Assembly: GCF_963921235.1 (NCBI RefSeq)
Contig: NC_086104.1
Location: forward strand, 102,920,001-102,984,000
DNA from: Mobula hypostoma
Taxonomy: Eukaryota
Reading direction: 5' to 3'
DNA length: 64,000 nt
Shown: piece by piece, positions 1 through 12,400 of the stretch
How the letters are laid out: every line of letters begins with the position of its first letter
Position numbering within the stretch: position 1 is the stretch's first letter
The notes under the pieces: model-generated
What the model was told of the DNA's origin: nothing
The model's input: the letters and a program-made list of their open reading frames with translations, nothing else
The model's database searches: none
Position numbers and translations under genes: made by a program

Positions 1-210
1 GATGAGCAGCCAGATGTCATGGTCCACGTGGGGACCAATGACATATATAGGAGTAGAGATGAGGTCCTGAAGAAGAAATATAGGGAGTTAGGAAAGAAGT
101 TAAAAAGCAGGACCTCAAGGGTGGTAATCTCGGGATTGCTGCCTGTGCCGCAAGACAGAGAGGGTAGGAACAGGAGGTTATGGCAGATGAATGCATGGCT
201 GAGATGTCAG
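1..210 (+). mobile_element. CR1 LINE ORF1 esterase (SGNH) fragment
   Basis: VHVGTNDI...VVISGLLPVP motifs, homologous to ORF1 at 62445-62789 and 9975-10408. Confidence 0.85.
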
Positions 211-1400
211 GTGTAAGTTTTTTACGCAGAGAGTGCTGAGTGCGTGGAATGGGCTGCCAGTAGTAGTGGTCGAGGCAGAAACAATAGGAACTTTTAAGAG
301 ACTCCTGGATAGCTACACGGAGCTTAGAAAAATAGAGGGCTATGGGTAAAGCCTAGGTAGTTCTAAGGTAGGGACATGTTCAGCACAGCTTTGTGGGCCG
401 AAGGGCCTGTACTGTGCTGTATGTTTCCTTTATCTGCCTCTCCTTGCTCCACTTCTCTAACTGATCAATCCGCTCTGTAATCTACAATAACCTTCTTAAC
501 AATCTACAAACACTCCTAATTTTGTGTTGTCCATCAACATACTGATGAAACCTTGTGCAATTACATCTAAATCATTTATATGAATAACAAATAACAAGGG
601 TCCCAACATTGACCACAGTGGCATACCATTAGTCACTGGCCTCCATTCCAAGATGGTTAGTGAGACTGTAGATGACTCCAAAATTAGTGGCATAGTGGAC
701 AGCGAAGATTATTCAGGATTGGAGTGGGATTTTGATGAAATAGTCCATTGAATGGCAGGTTATATAGCAGAATGTAAAGTGTAAAAGAGAGGAAAGAGAG
801 TGGATATCTGAATGCTGCAGAGGTAGACATGAACGACAACAAAATGATGGATGAACTGAATAGGAATTTTGCATCAGTCTTCACTGTGGAAGACACTAGC
901 AGTATGGTGGAAGTTCCAGGTGTCAGGGGGAATGAAGTGTGTGATGTTACCCTAACTAGACAGAGAGTTCTGGGGAAACAAAGTACAGTAGGTAAGTCAC
1001 CTGGACCAGATGGTGTACAATCCAGAGTTCTGAAAGAGGTGGCTGAAGAGATCACAGAGGCATTTCAAGAATCACTATATTCTGGAATAGTTCTGGAAGA
1101 ATGGGAAATTGTAAATATCACTTCATTCTTCAAGAAGGGAGAGAAGCAGAAGAAAGGAAACAATAGGCCGGTTAGTTTGACCTCATGTTTGGGAAGATGT
1201 AGGAGTCAATTATTAAGGATGAGGTCTCAGGGTACTTGGAAGCACGTGATAAAATAGGCCACTGTCAGCATAGTTTCCTCAAGGGAAAATCTTGCCTGAG
1301 AAATCTGTTGGAATTCTTTGAAGATGTAACAAGCAGGATAGACGAAGGAGAATCAGTTGATGTTCTGTAATCAGATTTTCAGAAGGCCTTTGACAAGGTA
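211..1400. mobile_element. Patchwork of CR1 fragments: 3' end (+, ~211-425), RT (-, ~490-650), ORF2 (+, ~650-1400)
   Basis: ELNRNFASVFTVED, KSPGPDG, RPVSLTS and GKSCL motifs; typical CR1 3' UTR. Confidence 0.8.
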
Positions 1401-2029
1401 CCAAACAGCTTGCTGCAAACTTTCACCATTGAAATAATAATTGAATCTTCTACTTTTTCCTTCCAACATGGTTGACCTAACATTCACCAATGTTATAATC
1501 CAGCTGCAAGACCCTTGCCCAATGATACCAGATGTGGACCACAGCTTCTAGCTACTCCCCCCCCCCCCCCCCAATGAATGATCTGAGACGTCTCTGATCC
1601 TGGCATCTGAATAAGTAACATACATCCAGAAGTATTGTTTTCATCCACGGAATTTCCTGTCTATACCCCTATCACTACCACATTCCTCTACCCCCTTCTC
1701 CTTTGAGTCACAGAGAGTCCCAGTGCCAGAGCCCTGTCCCTGGTGGCTTGTCCCTGATCTACACAACTTCTATTTCTAACTCGGGTCCCCAAGACCACCC
1801 AGCATTTGGGAATTGGAAGTTGTTTGAGAGTTCACGGTCACTGTTTTCCTGTGGAGGGAAGGAGAGAGGATGCCAAGGGATATTGACTGAAAGAATAAGC
1901 AGCATGTAATGGGTAAAGATTGCTGAAGACTGGTGGACACAGAGTGTTGGGAATGTATTAAGTAATCAGAAGAACAAAGTGGTGTCACAATATATCAGTA
2001 ACATTGAATATTAATAAAAACTCAAGAAC

Positions 2030-2700
2030 TAATAACAGTAGCAAGTAGTACTCTAAGCATATTAAGAACAAGAGGGTAACCAGAGATAAACAAAACCAAA
2101 GTGACAACCATTGTGTGGGGCCAGAGGATGTGGGCAAGGCCTGAAATGAATATTTCTCATCAGCATTCACCAAGGAGAAAGACATTGTTATTGGAGATCT
2201 CAGGTTTGGTGGTGAAGTTCTGCAGCATGTTAAGATTTAAAAGGAGAAATTATTCTGTCTTTGCAGAGATAAAAGTAGATAAATGCCCAGGCCCTGATGA
2301 GTTGTATCCCAGGCTGCTGTGGGAGACAACAGAGTGCTGGGGCCCTGATGGAGACAGTAAATGTGATATCTTAGTTCTACAATTCCTTAGCATAGTCTGT
2401 TAGAAGCTGCAGCTCGATACACTTCCCGCGGGTGTAGTCGTCAGAGACACTGGAAGTCTCCCTGCCATCCCATATCTCAAGAGGAGCATTCCACTATCCT
2501 ACCTGCCATCCTCACTGCTTTAAGTGGGCGATAAGAAAAAATAATTAATACCTACATTCTATGCCTCTCCTTGTGAAAGCCTCACCTACCTATTTCAACA
2601 TTGCCCCAACAATGGCAACTTCATCTAAACCTAACTACTTTTTATTGGTCCTTGCCAGGTGCCTAATTAAGCACAATCCAATTTCTCATTGGTGGCAGTG
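2030..2700. mobile_element. Degenerate CR1 fragments: ORF2 (+, ~2030-2350) and ORF1 N-terminus/5' region (-, ~2380-2700)
   Basis: KVDKCPGPDELYPRLLWE on +; minus-strand IWDGRETSSVSDDY..KCIELQL resembles the ORF1 zinc-finger region at 9483. Confidence 0.6.
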
Positions 2701-2879
2701 GCGTGCAAAATGTGCTGACTGCCCCCCCCCCCTCCTTTTACTCTCTCTCCCTCTACACAATCCAATGTCTCCTCAGGACCTGTAGTGCACCAATGATATA
2801 CCAGTGTTACAAAGAAAATATCTGTTAACTCCTTCAATAACTCAAAGACAGACAAGGTTTATCTCCAAATTGCTTTCTC

Positions 2880-3620
2880 GAAATCTCACCCCTACACTGA
2901 CACGTAGCCAAGTTGTCCTTGCTGTGACTGGCGAGATATCATATCTATCATCTCCTTACCACATTCAAAGATCGATGGTATTCCATTGCTTGTGAACTGA
3001 CATTCACAGCAGAACTGATGAGTTGTTGTGTTTGAGATACCTGAACTCCAATCCTTTGCCTTTTCTACCCTGTAAAATGTTTACAAAAGATATTCATGGG
3101 TGAAGGGCAATGTTTCAGACAAGGCAGTCTTTGTCTATCTGGTGATCTCTGTCGTCACACTGTCACAATGAGCCTCAACACAAATTAAGAGTACAAATCC
3201 ACGTCTTCTATCTGTCACGGCTCAGGCATCTGGCCTCAGCATTAAATTCCATGACTGTCTACCTGTCTGTATCATAATAGGTTAACTCTGCCTGTCATCT
3301 ATCTGTGATTTCACTCAGTGTGTCTCTGTCTATTGGGAAAATATAACAGCTCTGGTGATGTCCCACCGCCCTACTTGGAACTCACAGTATTTACACGGCT
3401 GCTCCTGGAGACTTTCTGATCACTGTGGCCCCAAGGTGATTGATGGTGGTGAACTCAACAATGGCAATGTCAATGAATGTCAAGGGAAGGTGATTACACT
3501 TTCTCACTGGAGATTACTTCTGTGGTGTGAATGCTACAGGTCACTTGTTACCCAAGACAGAGGTGTTCATTATCATGATACACCCTGAACCAATAGATGA
3601 AACAAAGAAACGTTCCGCTG
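2880..3620 (-). pseudogene. Highly decayed ZNF-module copy (finger remnants plus conserved intron)
   Basis: 3020-3590 aligns by eye to 6590-7170 (gttgtgtttgagat..ctgtaaaa..acaaaagac..gtgaagg..tgatggtggtgaactc..tcacttgttaccca). Confidence 0.7.
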
Positions 3621-3714
3621 TTTAAGGAAGGCTCTAAAAATTAACAAGGAAATTATACGCCAGTGAGACTGACATTAGCAGTGGGAAGGTTAAGGACCCG
3701 GATATATTATGAGG

Positions 3715-4500
3715 AAGGCTATTGTGGCTTGCAGGGGATGTAGACCAGCTACGAAACTGGCAGATGGAATTTAATGCAGACAAGTGTGAGGTTTTGCACT
3801 TTGGTGGGACCAATGAGGGTTGATTTTACAATGAACAGAAGGGCACTGAGGATGTGGTAAAACAAAAGAGACCTGAGTATACAGGTCTATAATTCATTGA
3901 AAGTGGCATCACAGGCAGATAGGGTCATAAAGAAAGCTTCTGGCATATTGGCCTTTGTTAATCATAAATTATTGAGTAAAAGATATGGGATATTATGTTG
4001 AAATTGTATAAGACACTGTGAAGCCTATTTTGGAGTATTGTGTGCAGTTTTGGTCACCTACCCGCAGGAAAGATGTGAATAAGGTTGAAAGGGTACTGAG
4101 AAAACTCACACGGATGTTGCTGGGTTTGAAAGACTGGAGTTATAAGGAAAGATTTAATAGGTTAGGACTTTATTCCTTGGAATGTAGAAGATTGAGAGGA
4201 GATTTGATAAGACATGTACAAAATTATGAGGGGCATAGATGCTGAGGTTGGGTGAAACTACAACCAGAGGTCATCAATTAGGGTGAAGTTTAAGGGAAAC
4301 CTTACTCAGAGGGTTGTGAGAGTGTGGAATGACCTGAAAGCACAGCTGGTGCATGCAAGCTCGATTTCACATTTAAGAGAAGTTTGGATAAGTACATAGA
4401 ATAGGCCATGGAGGGTTCTGGTCGATGTGAGTAGACAGTTTAAATGGTTCAGCACGGACCAGACGGACTGAAGGGCCTGTTTCTGTGCTGTACTTTTGAA
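3715..4500 (+). mobile_element. CR1 3' fragment
   Basis: PILEYCVQFWSP...LGLYSLECRRLRGDLI followed by CR1 3' UTR. Confidence 0.85.
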
Positions 4501-4759
4501 TGAACCTGTGACCAGCTGGGCTGAGTTGACTCCCTATCGTATACTGAGACAGAGTTTAAAATAGAACTGCTTTATTTGTCATAGAGCCAGAATATTAAAC
4601 TCCAGTCCCCTTAAAGTTGAGTATTAGCAGAAGAAACTCCTCCCCCATCCAGTGACCAGGGTGGGGTGCAGAACCGGGTGTAAAGAGCAGCAGCAATAAT
4701 TGGAGTTCCATACCATCAGTCATTCTTGAACTTGCCTCTGGACTCAGCAACTGTGATGG

Positions 4760-6220
4760 TTAAATATCCAGCATGCAGCTTATTGCAACTTTCTCCCCAG
4801 TGTGAACTCGGTAGTGTGTCACAAGGTTCGATAACTGAATGAATCCCTTCCCACATTCAGAGCAGATGAACGGTCTCTCCCCAGTGTGAACTCGATGGTG
4901 TGTATGTAGGCTGGATGACTGAGTGAATCGCTTCCCACATACAGAGCAGATGTATGGCCTCTCCCCAGTGTGAACTCGCTGGTGTATCTTCAGTTGAGAT
5001 GACTGAGCAAATCCCTTCCCGCAGTCTGAGCAGGCGAACGGTTTCTCCCCAGTGTGAATTCGCTGGTGTGTCTGTAGACTGGATGACTGAGTGAATCCCT
5101 TCCCACATTCAGCGCAGGTGAATGGCCTATCTCCAGTGTGAACTCGCTCGTGTAGCTTCAGTTGAAATGACTGAGGAAATCCCTTCCCACAATCTGAGCA
5201 GGTGAATGGTTTCTCCCCAGTGTGAACTGACTGGTGTCTCTGTAGACTGGATGACTGAGAGAACCCCTTACCACATTCAGAGCAAGTGAATGGCCTCTCT
5301 CCACTGTGAACTCGATGGTGTAGCTTCAAGTGAGATGAGTGAGTAAATCCTTTTCCACAATCTGAACAGGTGAATGGTTTCTCCCCAGTGTGAATTCGCT
5401 GGTGTGTGTGTAGGTGGGATGGTCGTGTGAATCCCTTCCCACATTCAGAGCAGATGAACAACATCTCTCCTGTGTGAACTCGCTGATGCACCTTCAGTTC
5501 AAATGACTGAGTAAATCCCTTCCCACAGTCTGAGCAGATGAACGGCCTCTCCCCAGTGTGAACTTGCTGGTGTCTCTGTAGATTGGATAACTGAATGAAT
5601 CCCTTCCCACATTCTGAGCAGATGAACGGCCTGTCCCCAGTGTGAACTTGCTGGTGTGCCAGTAGGTAAGATGACCGAGTGAATCCCTTCCCACAGTCTG
5701 AGCAGGTGAACGGTCTCTCCCCAGTATGAACTCGCTGGTGTGTCTGCAGGTAGGACGGCCGAGTGAATCCCTTTCCACAATCTGAGCAGATGAATGGTCT
5801 CTCTCCTGTGTGAACACGCCGGTGTAGCTTCAGATGAAATGACCGAGTGAACCGCTTCCCACAGTCTGAGCAGGTGAACGGTTTCTCCCCAGTATGAACT
5901 GACTGGTGTGCCAAAAGATCAGATGACCGAGTGAATCCTATCCCACAATCTGAGCAGGTGAATGGCCTCTCCCCAGTGTGAACTAACTGGTGTGTCTGCA
6001 GGCTGGATGAAACAGTGAATCCCTTCCCACAGTCTGAGCAAGTGAATGGCCTCTCCCCAGTGTGAACTCGCTGGTGTACCTTCAGTTTAGATGATCGAGA
6101 AAATCCCATTCCACAGTCTGAACAGGTGAATGGTTTCTCCCCAGTGTGAAATGACTGGTGTGCCAATAGGTCAGATGACCGAGTGAATCCCTTCCCACAG
6201 TCTGAACAGCTGAATGGCAT
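4760..6220 (-). CDS. Tandem C2H2 zinc-finger protein, 17 fingers, no effector domain seen (ZNF gene 1)
   Basis: Uninterrupted 486-aa ORF of CxxC...HxxxH fingers with TGE(R/K)PF linkers; probable splice acceptor (ttttacag) at 6635-6636 opens the exon. Confidence 0.9.
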   Translation of the reverse strand: MPFSCSDCGKGFTRSSDLLAHQSFHTGEKPFTCSDCGMGFSRSSKLKVHQRVHTGERPFTCSDCGKGFTVSSSLQTHQLVHTGERPFTCSDCGIGFTRSSDLLAHQSVHTGEKPFTCSDCGKRFTRSFHLKLHRRVHTGERPFICSDCGKGFTRPSYLQTHQRVHTGERPFTCSDCGKGFTRSSYLLAHQQVHTGDRPFICSECGKGFIQLSNLQRHQQVHTGERPFICSDCGKGFTQSFELKVHQRVHTGEMLFICSECGKGFTRPSHLHTHQRIHTGEKPFTCSDCGKGFTHSSHLKLHHRVHSGERPFTCSECGKGFSQSSSLQRHQSVHTGEKPFTCSDCGKGFPQSFQLKLHERVHTGDRPFTCAECGKGFTQSSSLQTHQRIHTGEKPFACSDCGKGFAQSSQLKIHQRVHTGERPYICSVCGKRFTQSSSLHTHHRVHTGERPFICSECGKGFIQLSNLVTHYRVHTGEKVAISCMLDI

Positions 6221-6634
6221 CTCCCCAGTGTGAAATCACTTGAGTATCACAGATCAGATAACTGAGGACAGCTCTTCCACATACAGAGCAGGTGAATGGT
6301 CTCTCTTCCCTGGATTTTCTGCCGGTGAGCTGAGTGAGGTAGTTTCTTCCCAGACATTAACAGGTGAATAGCTTCTCACTGGTGAGAATTTTCTGATATA
6401 TCTTCAGCTTGGAATACAGAATGAATCACTTCCCACGGTCAGGGCAGGTGAATCCTCTATCGTGTGATCTTGCTGATGTATCTTCAGGCTGAACAGAGCC
6501 CTCCCACACACGCAGCAGGTGAATGGCCTCTCTCCGCACTGTGAACTCACTGGTGTGACCGTGGGTCGGCTGAGTGAGTAAATTCCGTTGTTGTGTTTGA
6601 GATTCCCCTACACAAATTCTTTGCCATTTCTAAC
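6221..6634 (-). other. Degenerate finger repeats in the 5' part of the ZNF1 exon (probable 5' UTR)
   Basis: About 4-5 finger-like repeats with stops and frameshifts; in-frame TGA at 6238-6236. Confidence 0.7.
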
Positions 6635-7779
6635 CTGTAAAAAGATTTACAAAAGACATGAATGAGTGAAGGACAACATTTCAGATGAGATAATTTTAGT
6701 CTCTGTGGTGAGCTCTGACATCACACTGTTACGGTGAGGTTCAACACAAGTTGGAGGAACAATTCCTCATCTTCCAGTTGGGCACAGATCAGGCATATGG
6801 ACTGACATCAAAGTCTCTGACTGTTCTCCTGTCTGTATCAGAATGGATGATTTCTGCCTGACTTCAATCTGCGACTTGGCTCAGTTTGTCTCTCTCCATC
6901 AGTATTATTTCAAGTTCCAGTCATATCCCACAGTGCTACAAAGTGCACACAATATTACATGACTGCTCTTACAGATTTCCTAATTACTCTGACACACCTC
7001 CCCACCCCCAGTGATTGATAGTGGTGAACTCATCCATGGCAATGCCAATAGATATGAAGGGAAGGGGGGCAGTAGTTCTTTCTCATTGGAATGTGGCACT
7101 TTTGTGATGTGAAATCTACAGATCACTTGTTACGCAGGACAAAGGTTTTTGATATCATTATGCACCCAGAGAGAGTGCTACAAAACATCATCTTACAGGT
7201 AGAAGGGGCCAGTACAGGAAGAGGTTGAACAAAAGTGATTTCCTCAAGAACTAAAGCCCATGGAAGGATTCTGCTGTGTGTGTGTGTGTTTTTTCATGCA
7301 GCACTGATTGACATTTCCATTCACTGGAAGACTCTTCATCCAAGATTAACTCATTATAATATTTGAGTTCTGAGTTCCGAGTTCCTATTCATTGGAGTTT
7401 GATAGCTGGAGCTCAACAGGGTCTGAGAGATCCATCCGCTCTCATTTCCTCCACCTGAGCTTCCAAACGTGCCCGGTGAGCTGAGGCAGTGTCTGCACGG
7501 CTGCCCCTCTACCCAGAAACCCTCACGACCCAGAGACCTGTCTATCCGTTACCGTCCCGGGAGGGGGAGGCACATGCCCCTCAAAATGGCGCCAGCGCCT
7601 TCACTCACCAGCGGGAAACTCCCTCCAGGGGCTTGGTCTGAATCATGGGGTTGAGAGAGATTGAAATCACAGGGACAAATCCCGGTTTGCGGGGCCACTG
7701 AATATCAGGAACTCACAGCAATTGCCCTGCAGTCGGGGTGCTCATGCCCCCGCCCCACTCGGAGCACCGATCCTCACCT

Positions 7780-7910
7780 GCCGTCGGTCCGCAGTCTTTT
7801 GTCCACTGGGCGCATGCGCGATTTCCGCGCACAGTCTGCGGCCTTTACGCCTGCGCATTCGATAGTGGGTCTCTGGCGGCTAATTCTGAAGCGCGGACTC
7901 CTTTGTGTGG
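7780..7910 (-). promoter_or_regulatory. CpG-rich putative promoter of ZNF1 with NRF1-type motifs
   Basis: GCGCATGCGC at ~7810 and CGCCTGCGCA at ~7848; homologous blocks at 24320-24480, 44390-44540 and 58190-58270. Confidence 0.6.
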
Positions 7911-8939
7911 GCGCGGTGCCATTGAAAGTGTCTGCAAGTCTAAAAGATATTTAATGATTTTATATAGAAACTCAGCAGCTAACTATCGCAGCAAGCTCCC
8001 ACAAATAATATACTTAATATCAATAGGCATTCCGTGTGTCAAATATCAAAGTCTAACTCACTTAAAAACAGAAGAGATTCTGCAGATGCTGGAAATACAG
8101 AGCAATACTGTACACACAAAGTGCTGGAGGGACTCAGCAGGTCAGGCAGCATCTAAGCAGAAGAATAAGCAATCAACTTTACATATATTGCTAATCTTTC
8201 ATTTGTTGCCACATCCTCCCGGTCTGATTTCTCTCCTCCCTGGGAACTCTAGACCCTGCCACTTTCTGGATCCCCAAAGCCCTGACTTGTGCTGGCTCCC
8301 CTTTGGGTTTTGACCCTACTCCATCAACACTGTTCCTCCGTTACCCTTTAGAGGAGAGTGGTGTATTGCAACTGTTGAGCTATGTGAGGGACAGCCTTTG
8401 AAATCAGTGAAAATGACCCACAACGTTAAAGTGAGCAGGGAAGGAGTTTAACCACGCATGACATTCTTCTTGGGCCCAGAGCCCTGAGGAACCAGGAATG
8501 TCTGGGATAAAACCACAGTGAGCTCATCGTCTTAATCAACCTGCAGAAAGTCATGCAGAAAGTTCAAGCAAAACTTCTTCACCCACAGTGGGGACCAGTT
8601 GCAAACTGTCACCACAGGGAGAGCAAGAGATGAATAGCAGGGATGGATTTAAAAGGACTGATGTGGAACAGAAACACGGGCAGGAACCAGTTGGACTGGG
8701 TGGCCTCTACTGTACATTGGGTGTGTGACAGAGACAGGAAGCACCTGAGACACAGGATTTGAAATAGAACAGATTTATTTGTCACAGATCCACAACATTA
8801 AACACCAGTCTAACTTAAGGCCAGCAACAGCAGAACAAACCTCTCCAATGCTCAGTGATCAGGGGTCCATCCTGGATGTGATGAACAGCCGCAAAATCTA
8901 CAGAATCTGATATTACCCATCTCTTGTGAACTTTCAACT

Positions 8940-9425
8940 GGATTCAGTCAGCAGGATGGTTAAAAATTTAACATACAGCTTATTTGAACTTTCTCCTTGA
9001 TGTGCAGTTGCTGGTGTTTCAGCAGTAGGATGACCAAGTAAGTCTCTTTGCTTTCTCAGGACTTTAGTTATTATGAACTGTCCGGAGCATGACAAGGCAG
9101 GTTAACTGAATCTCTTCCCATGCTCAAAACAGGTGTATGGCTATTGCCCTGTGTGAATTGGCTGATGTCTCTGTGTTTCCAATAACTGAATAAGTCCCTT
9201 CCCATACTTGGAATAGATAAATGTCCTCTCTGCAATGCAGACTCTCTGGTGCTTCTGTGTATCAGATGATTGAATGAATCCCTTCCCACACAGAGAGCAG
9301 GTGAATGTTCTCTCCCCAGTGTGAATTTGCTGGTGTATCTGCATGTACGATGACTTCATGAATCCCTTCCAAAATGACAGCCAATGGATGGCATCTCATT
9401 GTTATCAACTTGATGGCAAATTATC
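8940..9425 (-). pseudogene. ZNF pseudogene exon (~5 degenerate fingers); its upstream intron module lies at ~13670-14330, separated by a CR1 insertion
   Basis: [20 protein letters not shown]...; 3' region 8700-8990 matches 4500-4790; 13740-14300 matches the intron module. Confidence 0.8.
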
Positions 9426-9429
9426 AGGT

Positions 9430-12400
9430 CAGATCATGGCTACATACACACATTCGGGTTCTCCTGGCTATGACTGCAGAGTATGTCTGTAGGGTCAGTG
9501 TTCTGTTCTGGGTGTCAGATATGGGATGTCCGGGAGACTTCCAGCCTCCCTGATGGCCACTTCTGCACCAGGTGCATTGAGATGCAGCTCCTTGGAGTCC
9601 GTGTTAGGGAACTGGAGCTGCAGCTCGATGACCTTCGGCTTGTTAGGGAAAGTGAGGAGGTGATAGACTGGAGCTACAGGGAGGTAGTCGCCCCAAGGTT
9701 ACAGGAGACAGATAAATGGATGACTGTCAAGAGATGGAAGGGAGAACATCAGATAGTGGAGAACACCCCTGTGGCCGTCCCCCTCACAATAAGTACTCCA
9801 TTTTGAGTACTGTTGGGGGTTGGGGCCTACCCGGGGGAAGCAACAGCCTTTGGCACAGAGTCTGGCCCTGTGGCTCAGAAGAGTAGGAAACTGAAAAGGA
9901 TGGCAGCGGTAATAGGGGACTCTATAGTTGGTGAGACAGATAGGTGATTCTTTGGATGCAAAAAAGAAACACGGATGGCAGACTGCCTCCCAGGTGCCAG
10001 GATCCACAATGTTTCTGAACACATCCACAATATCCTGAAAAGGGAGAGTGAGCAGCCAGAACTTGTGGGACATATCGGTACCAACGACCAAGGTAGAAAA
10101 AGGAAGGAGGTCCTGAAAACAGAATACAGGGAGTTAGGAGGCAAGTTGAGAAGCTGGACCTCATGGGTAGTCATTTCGGGATTGCTGCCTGTGTCACGTG
10201 ACAGTGAGGATAGAAATAGAATGAGGTGACAGATAAATGTGTGGCGGAAGAATTGGGGCAGGAGGCAGGGATTCAGATTTCTGGATAATTGAGACCTCTT
10301 CTGACAAGTGTGACCTGTACAAAAAGGGACAGGTTGCACTTGAATCCAAGGGGGACCAATATCCTTATGGGCAGGTTTGCTAAAGTTGTTGGGAGTGGTT
10401 TAAACTAATATTGCAGTGGGACGGGAATCAGTTTGATAGAGCTGAGGATGAGCTGGAATGATGGGTGTAATATGAATGTAAGGAAGGACAAACCAATGAT
10501 TGGGTACAAATGCAGACAGAGTAAAGAGTTAAATTGTACCACTGAAGCAGAATTCAAAAGTACGAAGAATGCAAGACTGAAGGTGCTATATTTAAATGGA
10601 CATGGAATTCGGAATAAGGTGGATGAACTCATGGCACAGTTAGAGATTGGTCAGTAGGATGTTGTGGGCATCACTGAGTCATGGCTGAAAGAAGGTCATA
10701 GTTGGGAGCTTAATATAAAATTATATACTTTGTATCAAAAGGACAGGCAGGAATGCATAGGTGGTAGTAAGAGATGGAACTAAACCGTTAGAAAGAGGTG
10801 ATACAGGGTCAGAGAATATTGAATCTTTGTGAGTGGAGTTAAACTGCAAGTTAAAAAGAAAAGCCATTACAGTAATCATATATAGGCCTTCAAATAGTAG
10901 CTAAGATGTGGGGTTGAGATTGCAAAGGGAGCTGGAAAAGGCATGTAATAAGTGTAATGACACAATTGTAATGGGGGACTTCATTATGCAAGGGGATTGG
11001 AAAAATCAAGTTGATGTCGGATCGCAAGAGAGGGAATTTTTTGAACGCCAGTGAGATGGCTTTTTAGAACAGCTTGTGCTTGAGCCTACTCGGGGAAAGG
11101 CTGTCCTAGATTGGGTGTTGTGCAATAATCCAGATTTTACAAGGGAGTTTAAGATAAAGGAACCCTCTGGACAGTGATCATAATATAATTGAATTCATTC
11201 TGCAATTTGAGAGGAAGAAGCGTAAGTCAGATGTATCAGTATCACAATGGAATGAAGGGAATTACAGAGGCATGAGAGAGGAGCTTGCCCAGGTGGATTG
11301 GAGGAGGATACTGGCAGGGATGATGGCAGAACAGAGGTGGCTGAGGCTTCTGGGAATAGTTCATAAGGTACAAGATAGGTATGTCCCACAGAAAGAGAAG
11401 TTCTCAAATAGCAGGGGTAGGCAACTGTGGCAGACAAAGGAAGTTAAGGACTGCATAAAAGCCAAGAAAAGGGCATAAAAGGTAGCAAAAGTGAGTGGGA
11501 CGTTGCATGATTGGGAAGCTTTTAAATCCAACAAAAGGCAACTAAAAAAGCTATAAGAAGGGAAAAGATGAAATATGAAGGTAAACTAGCCAATAATATA
11601 AAGCAGTAGACTAAGAGTTTTCTCAGTTATATGAAGAGTAAAAGGGAAGTGACAGTTGATATTGGACCACTGGAAAATAAGGCTGGTGAGGTATTAATAG
11701 GGGACAAAGAAATGGCGGATGAACTTGGCATCAGTCTTCACTGTGGATGACACTAGCAGTCTGCCAGAGGTCCATAAGTGTCAGGGAGCGGGAATGAGTG
11801 CCATTGCTATCACAAAAGAAAAAGTGCTAGGCAAACTGTAATGTCTTAACGTGAATAAATCACCTGGACTAGATGGACTACATCTCAGTGTTCTGCAAGA
11901 GGTTGCTGAAGAAATAGCAGATGCATTGGTTATGATCTTTCAAGAATCATTTGATCCTGGTATTGTCCCAGAGGACTAGTAAATTGCAATGGTGACACCA
12001 CTCTTTAAGATGGGAAGAAGGCAAAAGAAAGGAAATTATAGGCCAATTAGCCTAACGTCAGTGATTGAGAGAGTGTTAGGAGTCTATTATTAAGATGAGG
12101 TTTCAGTGTACTTGGAGATGAATGATGAAGTAAGTCAAAGTCAGCATAGTTTCTGTAAAGGGAAATCTTGCCTGACAAATCAGTTAGAGTTCTTTGAGGA
12201 AGTATCAAGCAGGGTGGACAAAGGAGAGGCAGCGGATGTCATTCACTTGCATTTTCAGAAGGCATTTGATAAGGTGCTACACATGAGGCTGCTTAACAAG
12301 ATAAAATCCCATGGCAATACAATTAAGATACCGGCATGGACAGAGGAATGGCTGATATGAAGGAAGCAGCAAGTGGGACTAAAGGGGAATTTTTCTGGTT

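Noticed and set aside
4857-5817. Overlapping alternative-frame ORFs (WEGIHSVI..., [10 protein letters not shown]...) inside the ZNF exons, also 38253-38924
   Set aside because: Shadow frames of the 84-bp finger repeat, not independent genes.
6640-7780. Possible KRAB/SCAN/BTB exon upstream of the fingers
   Set aside because: No recognisable motif in any frame, and in-frame stops precede the finger ORF. An unknown short exon cannot be excluded.
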